A stretch of DNA of 63,431 nt, filler included, from Rhabdomonas costata (Eukaryota), in NCBI GenBank assembly GCA_019059605.1. It is 37 parts of 37 records of this genome, joined end to end, with 100 filler letters (N's around TTAATTAATTAA, not from the genome) between each part and the next. Parts side by side here need not be neighbours in the genome. Positions count along the whole stretch, not along the records: positions 1 to 1,616 come from JAHMHO010011889.1; positions 1,717 to 3,334 come from JAHMHO010011890.1; positions 3,435 to 5,052 come from JAHMHO010011891.1; positions 5,153 to 6,772 come from JAHMHO010011892.1; positions 6,873 to 8,490 come from JAHMHO010011893.1; positions 8,591 to 10,208 come from JAHMHO010011894.1; positions 10,309 to 11,926 come from JAHMHO010011895.1; positions 12,027 to 13,644 come from JAHMHO010011896.1; 29 more parts are not named here. The stretch is one strand, 5' to 3'. Position 1 is the first letter of the stretch; every line of letters begins with the position of its first letter. The translations under genes and the position numbers were made by a program. Under the pieces are notes generated by a model. It was not told the DNA's origin. It saw only the letters and a program-made list of their open reading frames with translations, and did not search any database. Positions 1 to 12,329 of this stretch are shown here, in pieces.

Positions 1-585
1 GTGTTGTTGGGAGTTCACTTGGATATTCGAAGAAGGTGGGTTTCGGTGGTATTCACCTAATCTTATAAAATTTCTGGAAAAATATACTCTTTGTTTGGTT
101 CGATTTGGCATGCAGGGTAGCTGTGCTGATGAGGGCACTGAGTTGGGGACACAAAGAGCATATTTATTAACAGGAGAAAAGCAATTGGGGAGAAAAATTG
201 AAAGGGAGAGGAGGAGCGCGAGTGGGGGCTACACGACGATATGGGACGATATGGGATGCGGCAACAGAGCTGACGAGGCTGGTTAGGATAGGTCGGAAGG
301 ATGAGATGGGAGGGTGAGAATGTGGAAGTACGTGCCTGTGGCGGAGATGGGGTTCAAAGAGAGTGCGGGCAGAAAACGCGTGCGAGAGGAGCATAAATAG
401 CAGCATAGAAGGCGGAGTAGGAAGCACAAACGTACAAGAACACCCGCATGAACGTACCCTATTGTATAACGGGGAGGGGAAGGGGAGGGAGGAGGAGGAT
501 CTGCCAAAACCACAGTGTTGGCCAGTTGCCGCCCCACCGCCTTCGCAAACCCAACTGATACCCGGCACCACAACGCGGAGTTGCC

Positions 586-700
586 GGGTCATCCACAGTT
601 GGGGGGGGGGGCGTTAGACAGCTAACGCCCGTTAGACGACCGTTAGACGTCTAACGTCGTTACCCGCTAACGGTGTTAGACGTCTAACGTCCGTGTAACC
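586..700. repeat. Dispersed palindromic element, copy 1 (GGGTCATSCACAGTT-polyG-CGTTA followed by GTTAGACGTCTAAC palindromes)
   Basis: Same 5' end and the same GTTAGAC/GTCTAAC modules as 6401-6510 on a different contig. Confidence 0.8.
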
Positions 701-1392
701 CACGCCCCTTCTGTTCCCAACCCACAGCGGAAGCATCATATGCGAAGCAAAGAGCGCCAGAGAGGAACGCCACGGGACCCATGCGGAGAGGGTCAATGAG
801 ACCGAGACCGCACAGAGGAATGCAGGCCTGTGTCCATTGCCAATCTGTAATGGGAGAGCCTAGGCACTGACTCAAAGCATCTCTAACAAACGCTGCACGT
901 GTGCGGAGATTGGGCTCTAGGGAGGCAAACGGGACCTTAGGTGCCGCGTACGTGAGCTTGCACGCTCCGAGACAGTAACGCAACAGAAGAAGTGCGGTCC
1001 GGGGGCACTCCAGGGCAGCCAGGCACTCTAGAAAACCCTCGAGGCCGGCCAGGTGTTTGGCGCAATTTGCATCAAAGTGCGTCGGGGGTCCCACATAGGA
1101 GCCCAAAACAGTGAGGCCATTGCCCAAAGACACTTGCGTGAGGCGGTGAAGCAGAGAGCACTCAGGAAAGAGAGACGCATCACTCCAAATCCGGGATTTC
1201 ACCCAACTGAGAAAGACCATGTTTCTCCAAAACAGGGAGCAGAGCACTCAACGCTTGAGAAAGCTGTTCTGACGACTTCACACGCTGACCGTCGTCCAGA
1301 AACCACACTTCCAACTGCTCAAAGAGCTGCGCAACCTCGGCCACCGAGAGGGTACCGACGGAGAAAAAGGCAGGTCCCCTTGCTGCACACAA
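701..1392 (-). mobile_element. Degenerate CRE-clade non-LTR retrotransposon, reverse transcriptase and thumb fragment
   Basis: Minus strand, across frameshifts: VQQGD (RT motif), WFLDDG (catalytic), GLTVLGSYVG, ALLLLRYCLGACKLTY, WTQACIPLCGLGLIDP. The motif order is typical of CRE/SLACS-type elements. Confidence 0.8.
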
Positions 1393-1616
1393 AAATATAT
1401 ACTTTCAAATTTCAGTTGAATTCCAAAATTTCAGCAGAAAATTTAAAAAAAAAAAAGAGGCAGGGCAAGGTAGGAAAAAGACATGAGAAAACTCAATCAA
1501 AAAAGGACCTCCTCTTTTAGTGAAATTTTTAGTGAAAATTGGCAAAAAAAAAAAACAAGCGCAAATGTTCAGCCTGGTCTCTTTCTCAAAACAAATTTCC
1601 CAGGTCCCAACCCACC

Positions 1617-1716
1617 NNNNNNNNNNNNNNNNNNNNNNNNNNNNNNNNNNNNNNNNNNNNTTAATTAATTAANNNNNNNNNNNNNNNNNNNNNNNNNNNN
1701 NNNNNNNNNNNNNNNN
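1617..1716. other. Artificial contig-joining spacer N44-TTAATTAATTAA-N44 (first of 36, about every 1.72 kb)
   Basis: The same 100-nt spacer, with stops in all six frames, recurs at about 1661, 3379, 5097 ... 61760. The contigs between spacers are near-equal in length, as expected for size-sorted concatenation. Confidence 0.98.
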
Positions 1717-2524
1717 GGGTTTGGTGCCACCGTTGGGTGAACAGTGCTGATGCTTTGACGTCGCCGCGGCATAAGGCGCCGGGGGATATAGAAAGGGCAT
1801 AAATAAGGACAAACAGATCACAAGAAATAATAAAGGGGCACCGAAATGCGAAGTCCTTTTCAAGACTTCCATCTCTCTTGCCATCGGTCCGTTCCGTTTT
1901 CATGGTTCCTTTTACGGTCGTAACGTTGCGTCGGAGGCTCATTATGGCATAGGCTACATTATTAACACCACACCTCCCAAAAAAAAACGCCGCGTGGTCA
2001 GCGCTCTAATTAGCATCTCCTAATATAAGAAAATGTTTTTTTTATAAATACCGCAAATCTGTCTGTAGAAGTTGCGCCGGAAGGGCAATCAAGAAGTGGC
2101 ACAATAAAACACGATGATATATTGGGATAAAAACACCACGGCGCTTCGGAAATGCGGAATGAGAGAAAACCTTTAAGATTTTTAAGATTTAATAATACCC
2201 TTTGATAACTTTTTATAACCAACCAGGATTGCTTTGTTGCAGACGTGCTGGTAGCCGGGCCAATGTATTTCTGATGGTCGGGCAGCCCAGTCGACTTTTT
2301 GGTGGGGCGGAGACGTTCCAGAAATAGAAACCGGGCGCCCGGCACGGCAACGAGAAGGTACGGAAAAGACAATAAAAACAGGATTTTGCTACGCCCCAGT
2401 GATAAAGGGCCCAAATGCCGACAGCCTGCACGGTAGCAACCCGAGAACGTCTGGAGAAGTTTTGCAGGAAGTGCCATCAAAAAGTGGCGCAACGAAACAC
2501 GATGATAATTTTAGATGCAAAATT

Positions 2525-3250
2525 GACCGTAGTAACGCGGAGGGAGTGATTGTGACGACTGAAGACAGGAGGGAACATGAGCGTAGCGATTGTGACAGAC
2601 AGAACAAGGAGGAACATGAACAGGAGATATGATTGCAACAAGAGTCGAGTGTGAATGTGACGAACATGACTAATACATGCAGAGGAACAGGAGTGAACAT
2701 GAACGCAGCGCAGCGGAGTGATTGTGAACGAGTGTGACGTCGGAGGAACATGACCGGAACGTTAGCGTAGCGATTGTGACGACCATTTCTTGGAGGAAAG
2801 GAGACACGAGCGTAGCGAGAGTCGGAGTGACAGTGTGAACAGGAGACATGAACGAGCGTAGCGTAGTGAATGTCGAGTGTGAACCGTATAACCATGACTA
2901 ACAAGAGGAACGAGCGAACAGTGACGTCTGGAGGAGGGAACGAGCGAGGCATCGAGCGAGTGACTGACGACCGGTGAACGTACCGACTTAGGTCGTGGAG
3001 TGAACCTTGTTAACGTGTTCGATAGAAATGGAGCATGGCCGCAGCACCGCGAAGGACATGCGACTATGACATCCCTTTCCTTCTCGTCGTCATTCCACCA
3101 CCATACGACCGTAGGGAGTATGAGTGGTGGATTGCGGGATACACGATCGGATCGAGTAGGTGAGCTAGCGACCCGTGTAGCTGGGAGCGAAGCGAACCAC
3201 CACATTACGAACGAAGTGAGTGAAGCGCAGCGTAAAGAACGTAGTGAGAG
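2525..3250. repeat. Degenerate modular repeat (GAGCGTAGCG, GAACATGA, GATTGTGAC modules)
   Basis: GTCGAGTGTGAA...CATGACTAA...AGAGGAAC recurs at about 2644 and 2872. GCGTAGCG occurs several times. Confidence 0.6.
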
Positions 3251-3906
3251 CATCGCCGTAGGCGTCTTCTTACTCTCGGGGGCCTCATGGCAGCTACCAC
3301 ATGGAGAGGGCATGGGGTATCACCACAACAACCCNNNNNNNNNNNNNNNNNNNNNNNNNNNNNNNNNNNNNNNNNNNNTTAATTAATTAANNNNNNNNNN
3401 NNNNNNNNNNNNNNNNNNNNNNNNNNNNNNNNNNGTGTTTGTTTCTATCCTTGTGCCCTCTGCATTCCACCATATTCATTGTTGTGTTGTAAAAGCGCTG
3501 GTTGGTGATTATAACTAGCAGCTGCGGAATACCTGTTGGCGTAGTGCCCTTTCTGTGATCAATTTAATGTTCTTTGTGGGCCTAATAGTGCGCGTTTCAT
3601 ATGAAGAGGTGAACGTTGTTCGGGGTTGAACTTTCCGATTTACAGAGAAAATGCGGTGTTAGCTTTATGGGGACCGTTTCTTTTTTCCGGGTTTTGAGGA
3701 TTGGATGTTTTCGACGGGACATATCACTTGGACAAAAAACGTCACAAATCGCTTTATTTTATCTGTTCGATTCCATCTCACTTTTCCCATCATTTTCCTT
3801 TTTACGGGGAGGATTTTTCTTCAATTCTAAAACCTGCCAAAATTGATTTTTCTGACCGTTTTTGAGCTCGTGGTCTCTCTGTTTTACTCCCGGATTCCTT
3901 TTTCAG

Positions 3907-4080
3907 TGATCGATTGTGGCACTGCTTTCCTTCCCTCCGACGCCGACACGCTGATCTGCCTTTCGGGCACGACCGTCGGGCAGAGCTGCACGTTTGGGTG
4001 CGCCCCTGGGTCGACGGGCGGGGGCACGCTGAGCTGCACCTCCAGCGGGGCTTGGGCTCAGAGGGGCAGCTGTGGGACAG
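3907..4080 (+). CDS. Single exon encoding a Sushi/CCP-like module of an extracellular protein
   Basis: TTTTTCAG acceptor and GTCTGC donor, 174 nt, phase 1-1. Encodes IDCG...GTTVGQSCTFGCAPGSTGGGTLSCTSSGAW...SC. Confidence 0.7.
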
Positions 4081-5154
4081 GTCTGCTGTGACTGCCCAGC
4101 GCAAAAGCCCCCGATTGGGGATAGTTGAGTTTCAGTTTCTTGTATTGTAAAATCTAGTGAAGAAAGATTTGCTTCCGTTTCAACTTCTACTACCAGCCCT
4201 CCCCAGGCGTTGGGGGGTGGGTTTTTTGCAAAACTTATCTAACCCCCTTTTGCTCGAATTTCTTATCTCATGTGGTAAGGTGGGGTCTAGTCTACCTCTC
4301 ATGCAAACTATGACGAAATGGTCTGAATGCCGAGTTTCGGATATGGCCTTGTAAACTTTCATTTCACGCGATTCGTCAAGCTTCTGAATAAACCTTGTAA
4401 TCTGTAAAGTTTGGTTTTATGTGCGGTTATTTCTGGAGATTTCTGAGATAGCCGTATTGCTTCCTCTCCGCTGACAAGATCATCCATGGCCGTGCCTTGT
4501 CGATTTCCCCTCAATGCAGCAACTGCCGTAACGGAATTACCCAAAGGCGTGAGTGGGTTCGCGCTGTCCCACCGTTGGCATGCAATTAAATCGATGCCGT
4601 TATAAAGGAGGTTAGGCCACCAGTCGGTCAACCGAAGGATCCCTATACAGCCAACTTTTCAAAGTTGTTTCGGTTGTCTTGCAGTCACCTGCAAGTTCTC
4701 TGTTTATGAAAGATGTGGAAAGGAAGAAAACATCTCTGACGCGGAAAACATCTCTCACGCGGGACGTTGCCAGATGGTTTTCAAGAGGAGTCAGGTGGCT
4801 AATTTCAAGTTAGGCGGAACCTCAGTTGTTGCTCCCAAACTCCAAACCGGAACCGGGCGAGGTCGTCTTACAAAACAACTGTTTTTGCTGTTAATTCGCG
4901 ACCGAATTATGGTTCACGTGAGTTCTTTCGATTCCTGAGCTGTGCTTCTTTGCTTTCTCTTTACCTTAAGAGAAACAGCCTCCCCATGACCTTTTCACCA
5001 CCGACGCTCCGTCCGCTGCCCACCCGACACCGGCTGTCGTGCACCACACCACNNNNNNNNNNNNNNNNNNNNNNNNNNNNNNNNNNNNNNNNNNNNTTAA
5101 TTAATTAANNNNNNNNNNNNNNNNNNNNNNNNNNNNNNNNNNNNNNNNNNNNCT

Positions 5155-6030
<876 letters not shown>

Positions 6031-6400
6031 GTGTCGCAACGCGTGCAGAAGCCCTGCTGCCTTTTAACGCTTCGATGGACCAACGATTTGTGACCTTTCA
6101 CTCCTGCCCTTGTTATTGATTCGTGATTGCTTGTCACGCTTTCACTTCGGCCCTTAAGAGAGCGTAGCTCTCCTACTTCTCCGTGTTCTCCTTTTCTTTT
6201 TTCAAAAGACGACCCAACGCCAGAGCTGCTCAGCGCTTCACTATGCGACCCGACCAGCTCGGCCGTCATCGCCGTCATCAGTCTGCCGATATCGTTCTCT
6301 GGTTTGCGCCTTGCAGGACTGGGAATGTGATTCAAGATTAACTTTTGACTGTGAAGCATATGAAGCAGAAGACTTCCATGCGGAGATTTGTTGTGGCCGC

Positions 6401-6510
6401 GGGTCATGCACAGTTGGGGGGGGGCGTTAAACGTCTAACTTCCGTTAGACCCCGTTAGACGTCTTCGGGTGTTAGACGTCTAACACCCGTCTAACGCCTA
6501 CTAACCGCAG
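6401..6510. repeat. Dispersed palindromic element, copy 2
   Basis: GGGTCATGCACAGTT-G10-CGTTAAACGTCTAAC...GGGTGTTAGACGTCTAACACCCG, homologous to 586-700. Confidence 0.8.
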
Positions 6511-6547
6511 GCACGTTGCTGGGGGGGCTCCCCCCATACTTGACTCG

Positions 6548-6622
6548 ATTCCTAACCCCCTGCAAAGCTTCTATTTCAATCCTAGGGGGCACATGTCTCG
6601 CTTTCCTAACCCCCCTGCAAGA
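6548..6622. repeat. Short repeat family containing CCTAACCCCCTGCAA (two copies here, one at about 8427-8467)
   Basis: Exact 15-mer at about 6551, 6606 and 8453, with similar upstream context at the last two. Confidence 0.55.
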
Positions 6623-6879
6623 CGGTTGATGCAACATTGGATTTTGGGTTCTCACTTCGGAACGGAGAGACCGTTTAAAATCACGAGGCGCTGTGGCATA
6701 TGATGAGCTCAAACCCGCCTGGTGGTAGTAGCAATTTCAGAGGTTCGTACGGCGTGCGTTTTGATGCGTTGANNNNNNNNNNNNNNNNNNNNNNNNNNNN
6801 NNNNNNNNNNNNNNNNTTAATTAATTAANNNNNNNNNNNNNNNNNNNNNNNNNNNNNNNNNNNNNNNNNNNNTTTTCAG

Positions 6880-8224
6880 GTATGTTCCTATTATCCCGAT
6901 GATCCTTGTGAATGGTGGCAAGGGTATTGGCACCGGCTTTTCGACCTCCATTCCCATGTACAACCCTGTTGAAATTGTGAACTGCATCAAGACCATGCTG
7001 AAGGGAGGCTCTCCTACCGAGCTCCACCCCTGGTACCGTGACTACACCGGCCGCATTGAGCGCAAGCCTGTTGACGGAAAGGTTTTTTTTGTGATTCACC
7101 AAATTCAGCTGGTTTTGACTGCGAATGGAAAAATATCATGGCGTATCTTGTTGTGCAGCTTTCATACAACAGCTATGGGAAAATTACTCGAGTTAGCCCG
7201 ACGGTGGTCAACATTCGGGAGCTGCCTGTGGAGCGGTGGACCTCGGACTACAAGCAATTCTTGGAGGACTTGCTCGCTAAGGAACTGATCCACGAGTACC
7301 GAGAGCATCACACCGATGTGACGGTATTTCGCCCTCAAACGTTTTTCCAGCAAGTTGAGTTGCTGGTTTCATTCTTTAAGATGCAATTTGTTCCCCGCGG
7401 CGTTGCGTGTTCCGAGGGGAAATGTTAGGGTAGACAAACCCGGACCCATGGCAGATAATGCCCCGTGTCACCTGAAAAGCGACCAAGAGGCACCATTTTG
7501 ACCGAAATAAGGAAGGGGGAGCATTCCGAAACAGTCGCATTGTGAGGTTGTCAACTTGGTTTGCACTCGAAGTGCCGTTCAGACGTTCGGGTTGCCGTGG
7601 CTATAGTTTTGGGGGTCAGTTGACAAGGCCATTGCATTCCTCGTGCCATTGCATTCGTTCCATTTCAGATGCGGTTTCAAATTATGCCCTTCTTCTCCCA
7701 AAGGCGCCATGACTTTTCCCTCACTCCTATCCACTCTCTGCATTTGTGGACAGGTGGACTTTGAGGTGCAAATGGATCCGGAGACCCTGAACGAGTGGGA
7801 GGCGGTTGGCCTGGAGAAGAAGTTTGATCTGGTGGGATCCATTCCGGTCAGCAACCTGGTGTGCTTTGACCGCAACGGCCGGATCTGCAAGTACGCCTCC
7901 GTCGCAGACATTATCAAGGAGTTCTTCGCCGTTCGCTCGGTGTCCCCGTACTCCCGCCCAATCGTCTTCCCTATTCTTTTCCGCCGCCCTCTTTGTGTCA
8001 CGCATAACAAGCACGGGCCCAATAAGCTCCCTACGAAATTGACGCGGAATTCTTTCGGTTGTTTTCGTGTGCACATCACTCTGCTGCCTGGAGCATCGTT
8101 TTCCCTCTCCTTTGGTCGTCCTCCCTCTCCCCAGGAGTTCTACCGCAAGAGGAAGGACCTGTTGGTAGCAAGCCTCAGCGAGGAGTGTACCAAATTGCAG
8201 AACATGGCCCGCTTTGTGATGGAG
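6880..8224 (+). CDS. TOP2: DNA topoisomerase II (eukaryotic type IIA), 4 exons: 6880-7081, 7159-7323, 7754-7939, 8135-8224
   Basis: YVPIIPMILVNGGKGIGTGFSTSIPMYNP, IRELPVERWTSDYKQFLE, EYREHHTDVT|VDFEV, NLVCFD, EFF..R..FYRKRK...LQNMARFV. The three internal introns are GT-AG, phase 0. Confidence 0.95.
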
Positions 8225-9217
8225 GTCTGCCGTCCTGTTGCGTGCATTTGCTGACTTACCACCTTCCCCCGTTCTTTCCCGTTCGCCAAAAAAGCGCCAA
8301 AAGAGATTGCATTTTGCACACAGCACCACTGCGTGGGATTATGTTCAAACCCCCCCCCCCCCAAAAAAAAACAAAAAGCTATTTTAATTCCGGGAACCCT
8401 GCATCGCCACTTAACCCATATATTAGAATCCCAGGGAACACGTGCATCACCTCCTAACCCCCTGCAAACTCAGAAAGGGAACAAAAAACANNNNNNNNNN
8501 NNNNNNNNNNNNNNNNNNNNNNNNNNNNNNNNNNTTAATTAATTAANNNNNNNNNNNNNNNNNNNNNNNNNNNNNNNNNNNNNNNNNNNNTTGTGGGGTG
8601 GTCACGTAGCATGGGTGCGTAAGCGACCATGCGATAAGGGTATCTGGTGGTAGTAGTGGGAGGTATTTGCACCGCAGGTTGGTATGCCCCTCAGGTGGTG
8701 GGGTATGTGGGAGGTATGGTCACCTGGAGGGTGGACATGTCGACAGAGTGAAGGGCACCTGCGGTAGGTATGCATTCTTGATGGTGGTACGTAGCATGGG
8801 TGCGTAGCGACCATGCGTAGTAGTGGTCTTCATGCATTCGGGTCTTCTGCATCTCCCTCTCCCTTGCATTCTTGATGGAGGCTAGAGGTCACGTAACCTA
8901 CCACTGACACGTCAGACTCCAGCGACGCCCCCGCCACTGTGATCAGGAATCCGCCGGAGGAACCCAACGGGGGCAAAAGTCGCACAGCCACCTCTTAATT
9001 GGTTACCCTTGGAAACGAGCGAAGGCTGGCGGGAGTGGGAGAGTGCGTATAGTTGTGTGCGCATTCCAGAAGCTTGGGGTTTCTCGACGGAAGATGCGTT
9101 CTGCAAGTACGAAGGAAGAGCCTCACTTAGTTTTGGGATGGAGCGACAGACAGGGAACCAAACCCATTTCTGGAAACGTCACTTTTGTTTAGACTTCTGC
9201 ATATTTGTATTAAAGAG

Positions 9218-9226
9218 ATGGACCCC

Positions 9227-9258
<32 letters not shown>

Positions 9259-9986
9259 CCTACAGGCACGGAGGGCTTCCGCCTCTGTGAGAATCGCGCC
9301 GATTTCTTCGGTCAAGTCCGCGGAGGCTCGGAGTAATGTGCAGTATTCCGTGGGTGAAGGAGAGGTATCACCTTTGAATTTGCTCGCTTTCTTATAAAAT
9401 GAAGAGCCCTTGGCTAAAGCCTGTATTTGTTAATACCGGAGGGTGCTGGCAGGTGACTTGACAGCCATCCCAAACCTGCACGTTCCTCTTGTGCATCTGC
9501 TCGGCGGCTCGGTGAACTTTGGAACAAAACCTCAGCTTTCCCGTGATCCAATACAAACCCCACAGGGCTGAGCCCTCTTTTTTGTTTTGAGTTCTGGTCT
9601 GGTTTTTTCTAGACGCTCCCTCCCGTCTTTTTATTTTGCTCACCGTGAGCCATTTCTGGTTTCTTTTTGTGAGGTACATAAGTTCGGTTTTCGGGTTTTC
9701 AAATCAATCTGATACTTTATTTGCTCGAACTTTGAAGTTTCCGAGAAAGAAAGCACACTTTTGTGCAGGATTTGGTTTTCCCCGAAAAAAAATATGGTGT
9801 TGAAAAATGAGGCCCGAAGAATTTTCTTTCATGGACCTCTCTCTTGCTTCTTTTTGCAGTGTTGTGATGAGGACATTGCGCAGGTCCTTGAGAACAACCA
9901 AAGGTGGGTATCTCGGATGACTGCTGGCGATCCCACCTACTTTGCCTCGAGAAGTGCCGTTCACAAGCCCAAATACCTATATATCG
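9218..9986 (+). CDS. Beta-class carbonic anhydrase N-terminus with poly-Q extension, exons 9218-9364 and 9860-9986
   Basis: Exon 2 IAQVLENNQRWVSRMTAGDPTYFASRSAVHKPKYLYIG is the beta-CA segment just before the CxDxR motif. Exon 1 (ATG 9218, CAG repeat) joins in phase 0. Confidence 0.82.
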
Positions 9987-10941
9987 GTGCGTTGGTGCGG
10001 GCGGGATGAACGGAGTACATTGAATATAGCGTCTCTTGCACTGGGTTTGACGGCAGCAAGTTGACAGCAGTTTTGGGATATTGTACGAAAGAAAAAGGCA
10101 ATCATGTGTATGTTCTTTTGTGATTGATCGAGGAAAAAAAAAGCGTAAAACACACCACCTGGAGGGGTGGAGGGGGTTAACACACTGCCCCCTGGCGCTG
10201 AGAATTGTNNNNNNNNNNNNNNNNNNNNNNNNNNNNNNNNNNNNNNNNNNNNTTAATTAATTAANNNNNNNNNNNNNNNNNNNNNNNNNNNNNNNNNNNN
10301 NNNNNNNNTTTTTGGAAGAAGTCAGGTTTGGTTCCTTTATTATATCCTCCTCTAGGCCTGGCCTAGCTTTATCCGGGGTACGGGATTGGGAGGAGCGAGT
10401 GAGCATCAGTGTGTCCCGAGGGGGGCGATACGACACCCATATGTGGTGACAACTTGTGCGTTTGCTTTGTTTTTTTTAGCGTCAAGTGTTCCTTCGACAG
10501 GGGAAAATGTGATGGTGAAAATATAACAGATGGGCTTTTGCTGGGGGTGCAAGCTTCAGCTTTCGCATGACCATTCCTGCAATGTTGAAGGAGTTGCATA
10601 TGCACAGCTTTTTATCGCATCCTGCATCATATTGTATTCCCGAATCATTTTTCCGAGACCATTCTTTGAAAAAGTTGCTGTCGCCACTGCTACGATGCAT
10701 AATATCATTTTGATTCCCTCCCGCGGGCTACAAAGCTCACTTTGGGCCAGCATTCCCACTGGTCACATCACCGGTCCACACGAAACCCGAAACCGGAAGC
10801 AACCGCCAATTTTATTTCGATTTACTTTTACTTATCAGCTTTTCTTTTTCCGTTTCTTTTATACATTGCTGCTTTGGTGTTGGTGTGCGATAGAAAAAAT
10901 ATACTTCGCCGACGGTTTTCCCTCCCATTCTGGCGGTTTGG

Positions 10942-11676
10942 ATGGAGACCTCCTCCTCTCAACCGTCGGGTCAGAGCATCACCAAGTTCCGGCAATGGCT
11001 GGAGAAGTACGTCGCCCTCCCTGAGGACAGCGAGCTCCTTCGCGGCCAAAAGGTGTTCCTGGCTATGAGCCTGTGGGGCAGCCTGTGGTGGTGCCTGCTC
11101 CTTTTGGCATTCTCGGTTCTGGACTGCGTGCTGCAGGGCTTCCCCCCGGCCTCTGTGGTGTACGTGGTTATCTCCGTCGTGTTCTCAGTGTCGTTCTCCT
11201 GCAGCCTGGCCAGCCTCGTGCGGACGAAGCAGCATAAGTGGCCCCGGAGGGTTTTGCTGGGCTTACTGTGGGTAGCGGTTCCCGTAACCTTGGCCGCGAA
11301 TGGGGGCTTCGAGTTTTTCAACAGCCTGTGTGCGCTAACGGCCTACCACGTCTTCCTGTGCGTGTCACTGTACGACAGCTATGTGGTCCCGCTGGCGTGG
11401 ACCTGCTTGACCTGCACCCTGTGTCTCGTTTGGGGTGTGGCCGATGCCACCGTCGGGCCGATCACGCGGTACACCTACCCTCGCACCCTTCGGGTGGCAG
11501 AGAACTGCACTTTTTCCGTCATCTCGTGCGGGGTGTTTTTCTTCTGTGCGTGGTATATGTTGAGCAGCCTGAGGCTGGAGGTGGTGGAACGCAAGAATGC
11601 CGAGGCCCGTGCCGTGGCCGCCACGGAAGCGAAGGCCTCCTTCCTGGCGTGCATGAGCCATGAGCTTCGCTCTCCG
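10942..11676 (+). CDS. Multi-pass membrane sensor histidine kinase, first exon
   Basis: About 5 hydrophobic segments, then a coiled coil and the H-box AKASFLACMSHELRSP, followed directly by a GTGTGC donor at 11677. Confidence 0.85.
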
Positions 11677-12329
11677 GTGTGCATCTTGAAGCTTTTGTGG
11701 TCGGTCCTCGTATATGGTGTCCCCACACTCCGATATTCAACGCATCGCGAACTCTACGCAATACTGTCGTGTGTACGAAATTTAGATTCGGATTGTTGGA
11801 TAGGTTAAATGACGTTCTACTTTTCGTACACACGACAGTATTGCGTAGAGTTCGCGATGCGTTGAATATCGGGGTGTGGAGACACCATATACGAGGACCC
11901 AACACACCAAACACACCCACCCCCACNNNNNNNNNNNNNNNNNNNNNNNNNNNNNNNNNNNNNNNNNNNNTTAATTAATTAANNNNNNNNNNNNNNNNNN
12001 NNNNNNNNNNNNNNNNNNNNNNNNNNCCATACCTCATGAAATCCATAAAAGGATGAAACCTGAAGCAGCAGGCTGAGGCTCTGAAGCCAAGCCCATCACC
12101 GCATTCCTGCTGCTGTACATTTTGACTGATCAGTCTACCAGGAGTGTCGTCTGCCTATATGAATACCAAATGCACGGAGACTGCTGTACTTCGGCTCTAG
12201 CTGTGCGTGCGCTTATAACATGCTTCCACTGTTCCGTGGTTCCAATCATCGTCGCTTAGATATAGGACGCCTCCGGCTGTGTGCCCGTGGCCGTGGGAGT
12301 GCTCAACTATTCCGACTCCGCGTGCGCTG

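Noticed and set aside
1605..1730. C/A-rich and G/T-rich contig ends as variant telomeres
   Set aside because: They are non-periodic and differ at every end, matching degenerate K-primer remnants.
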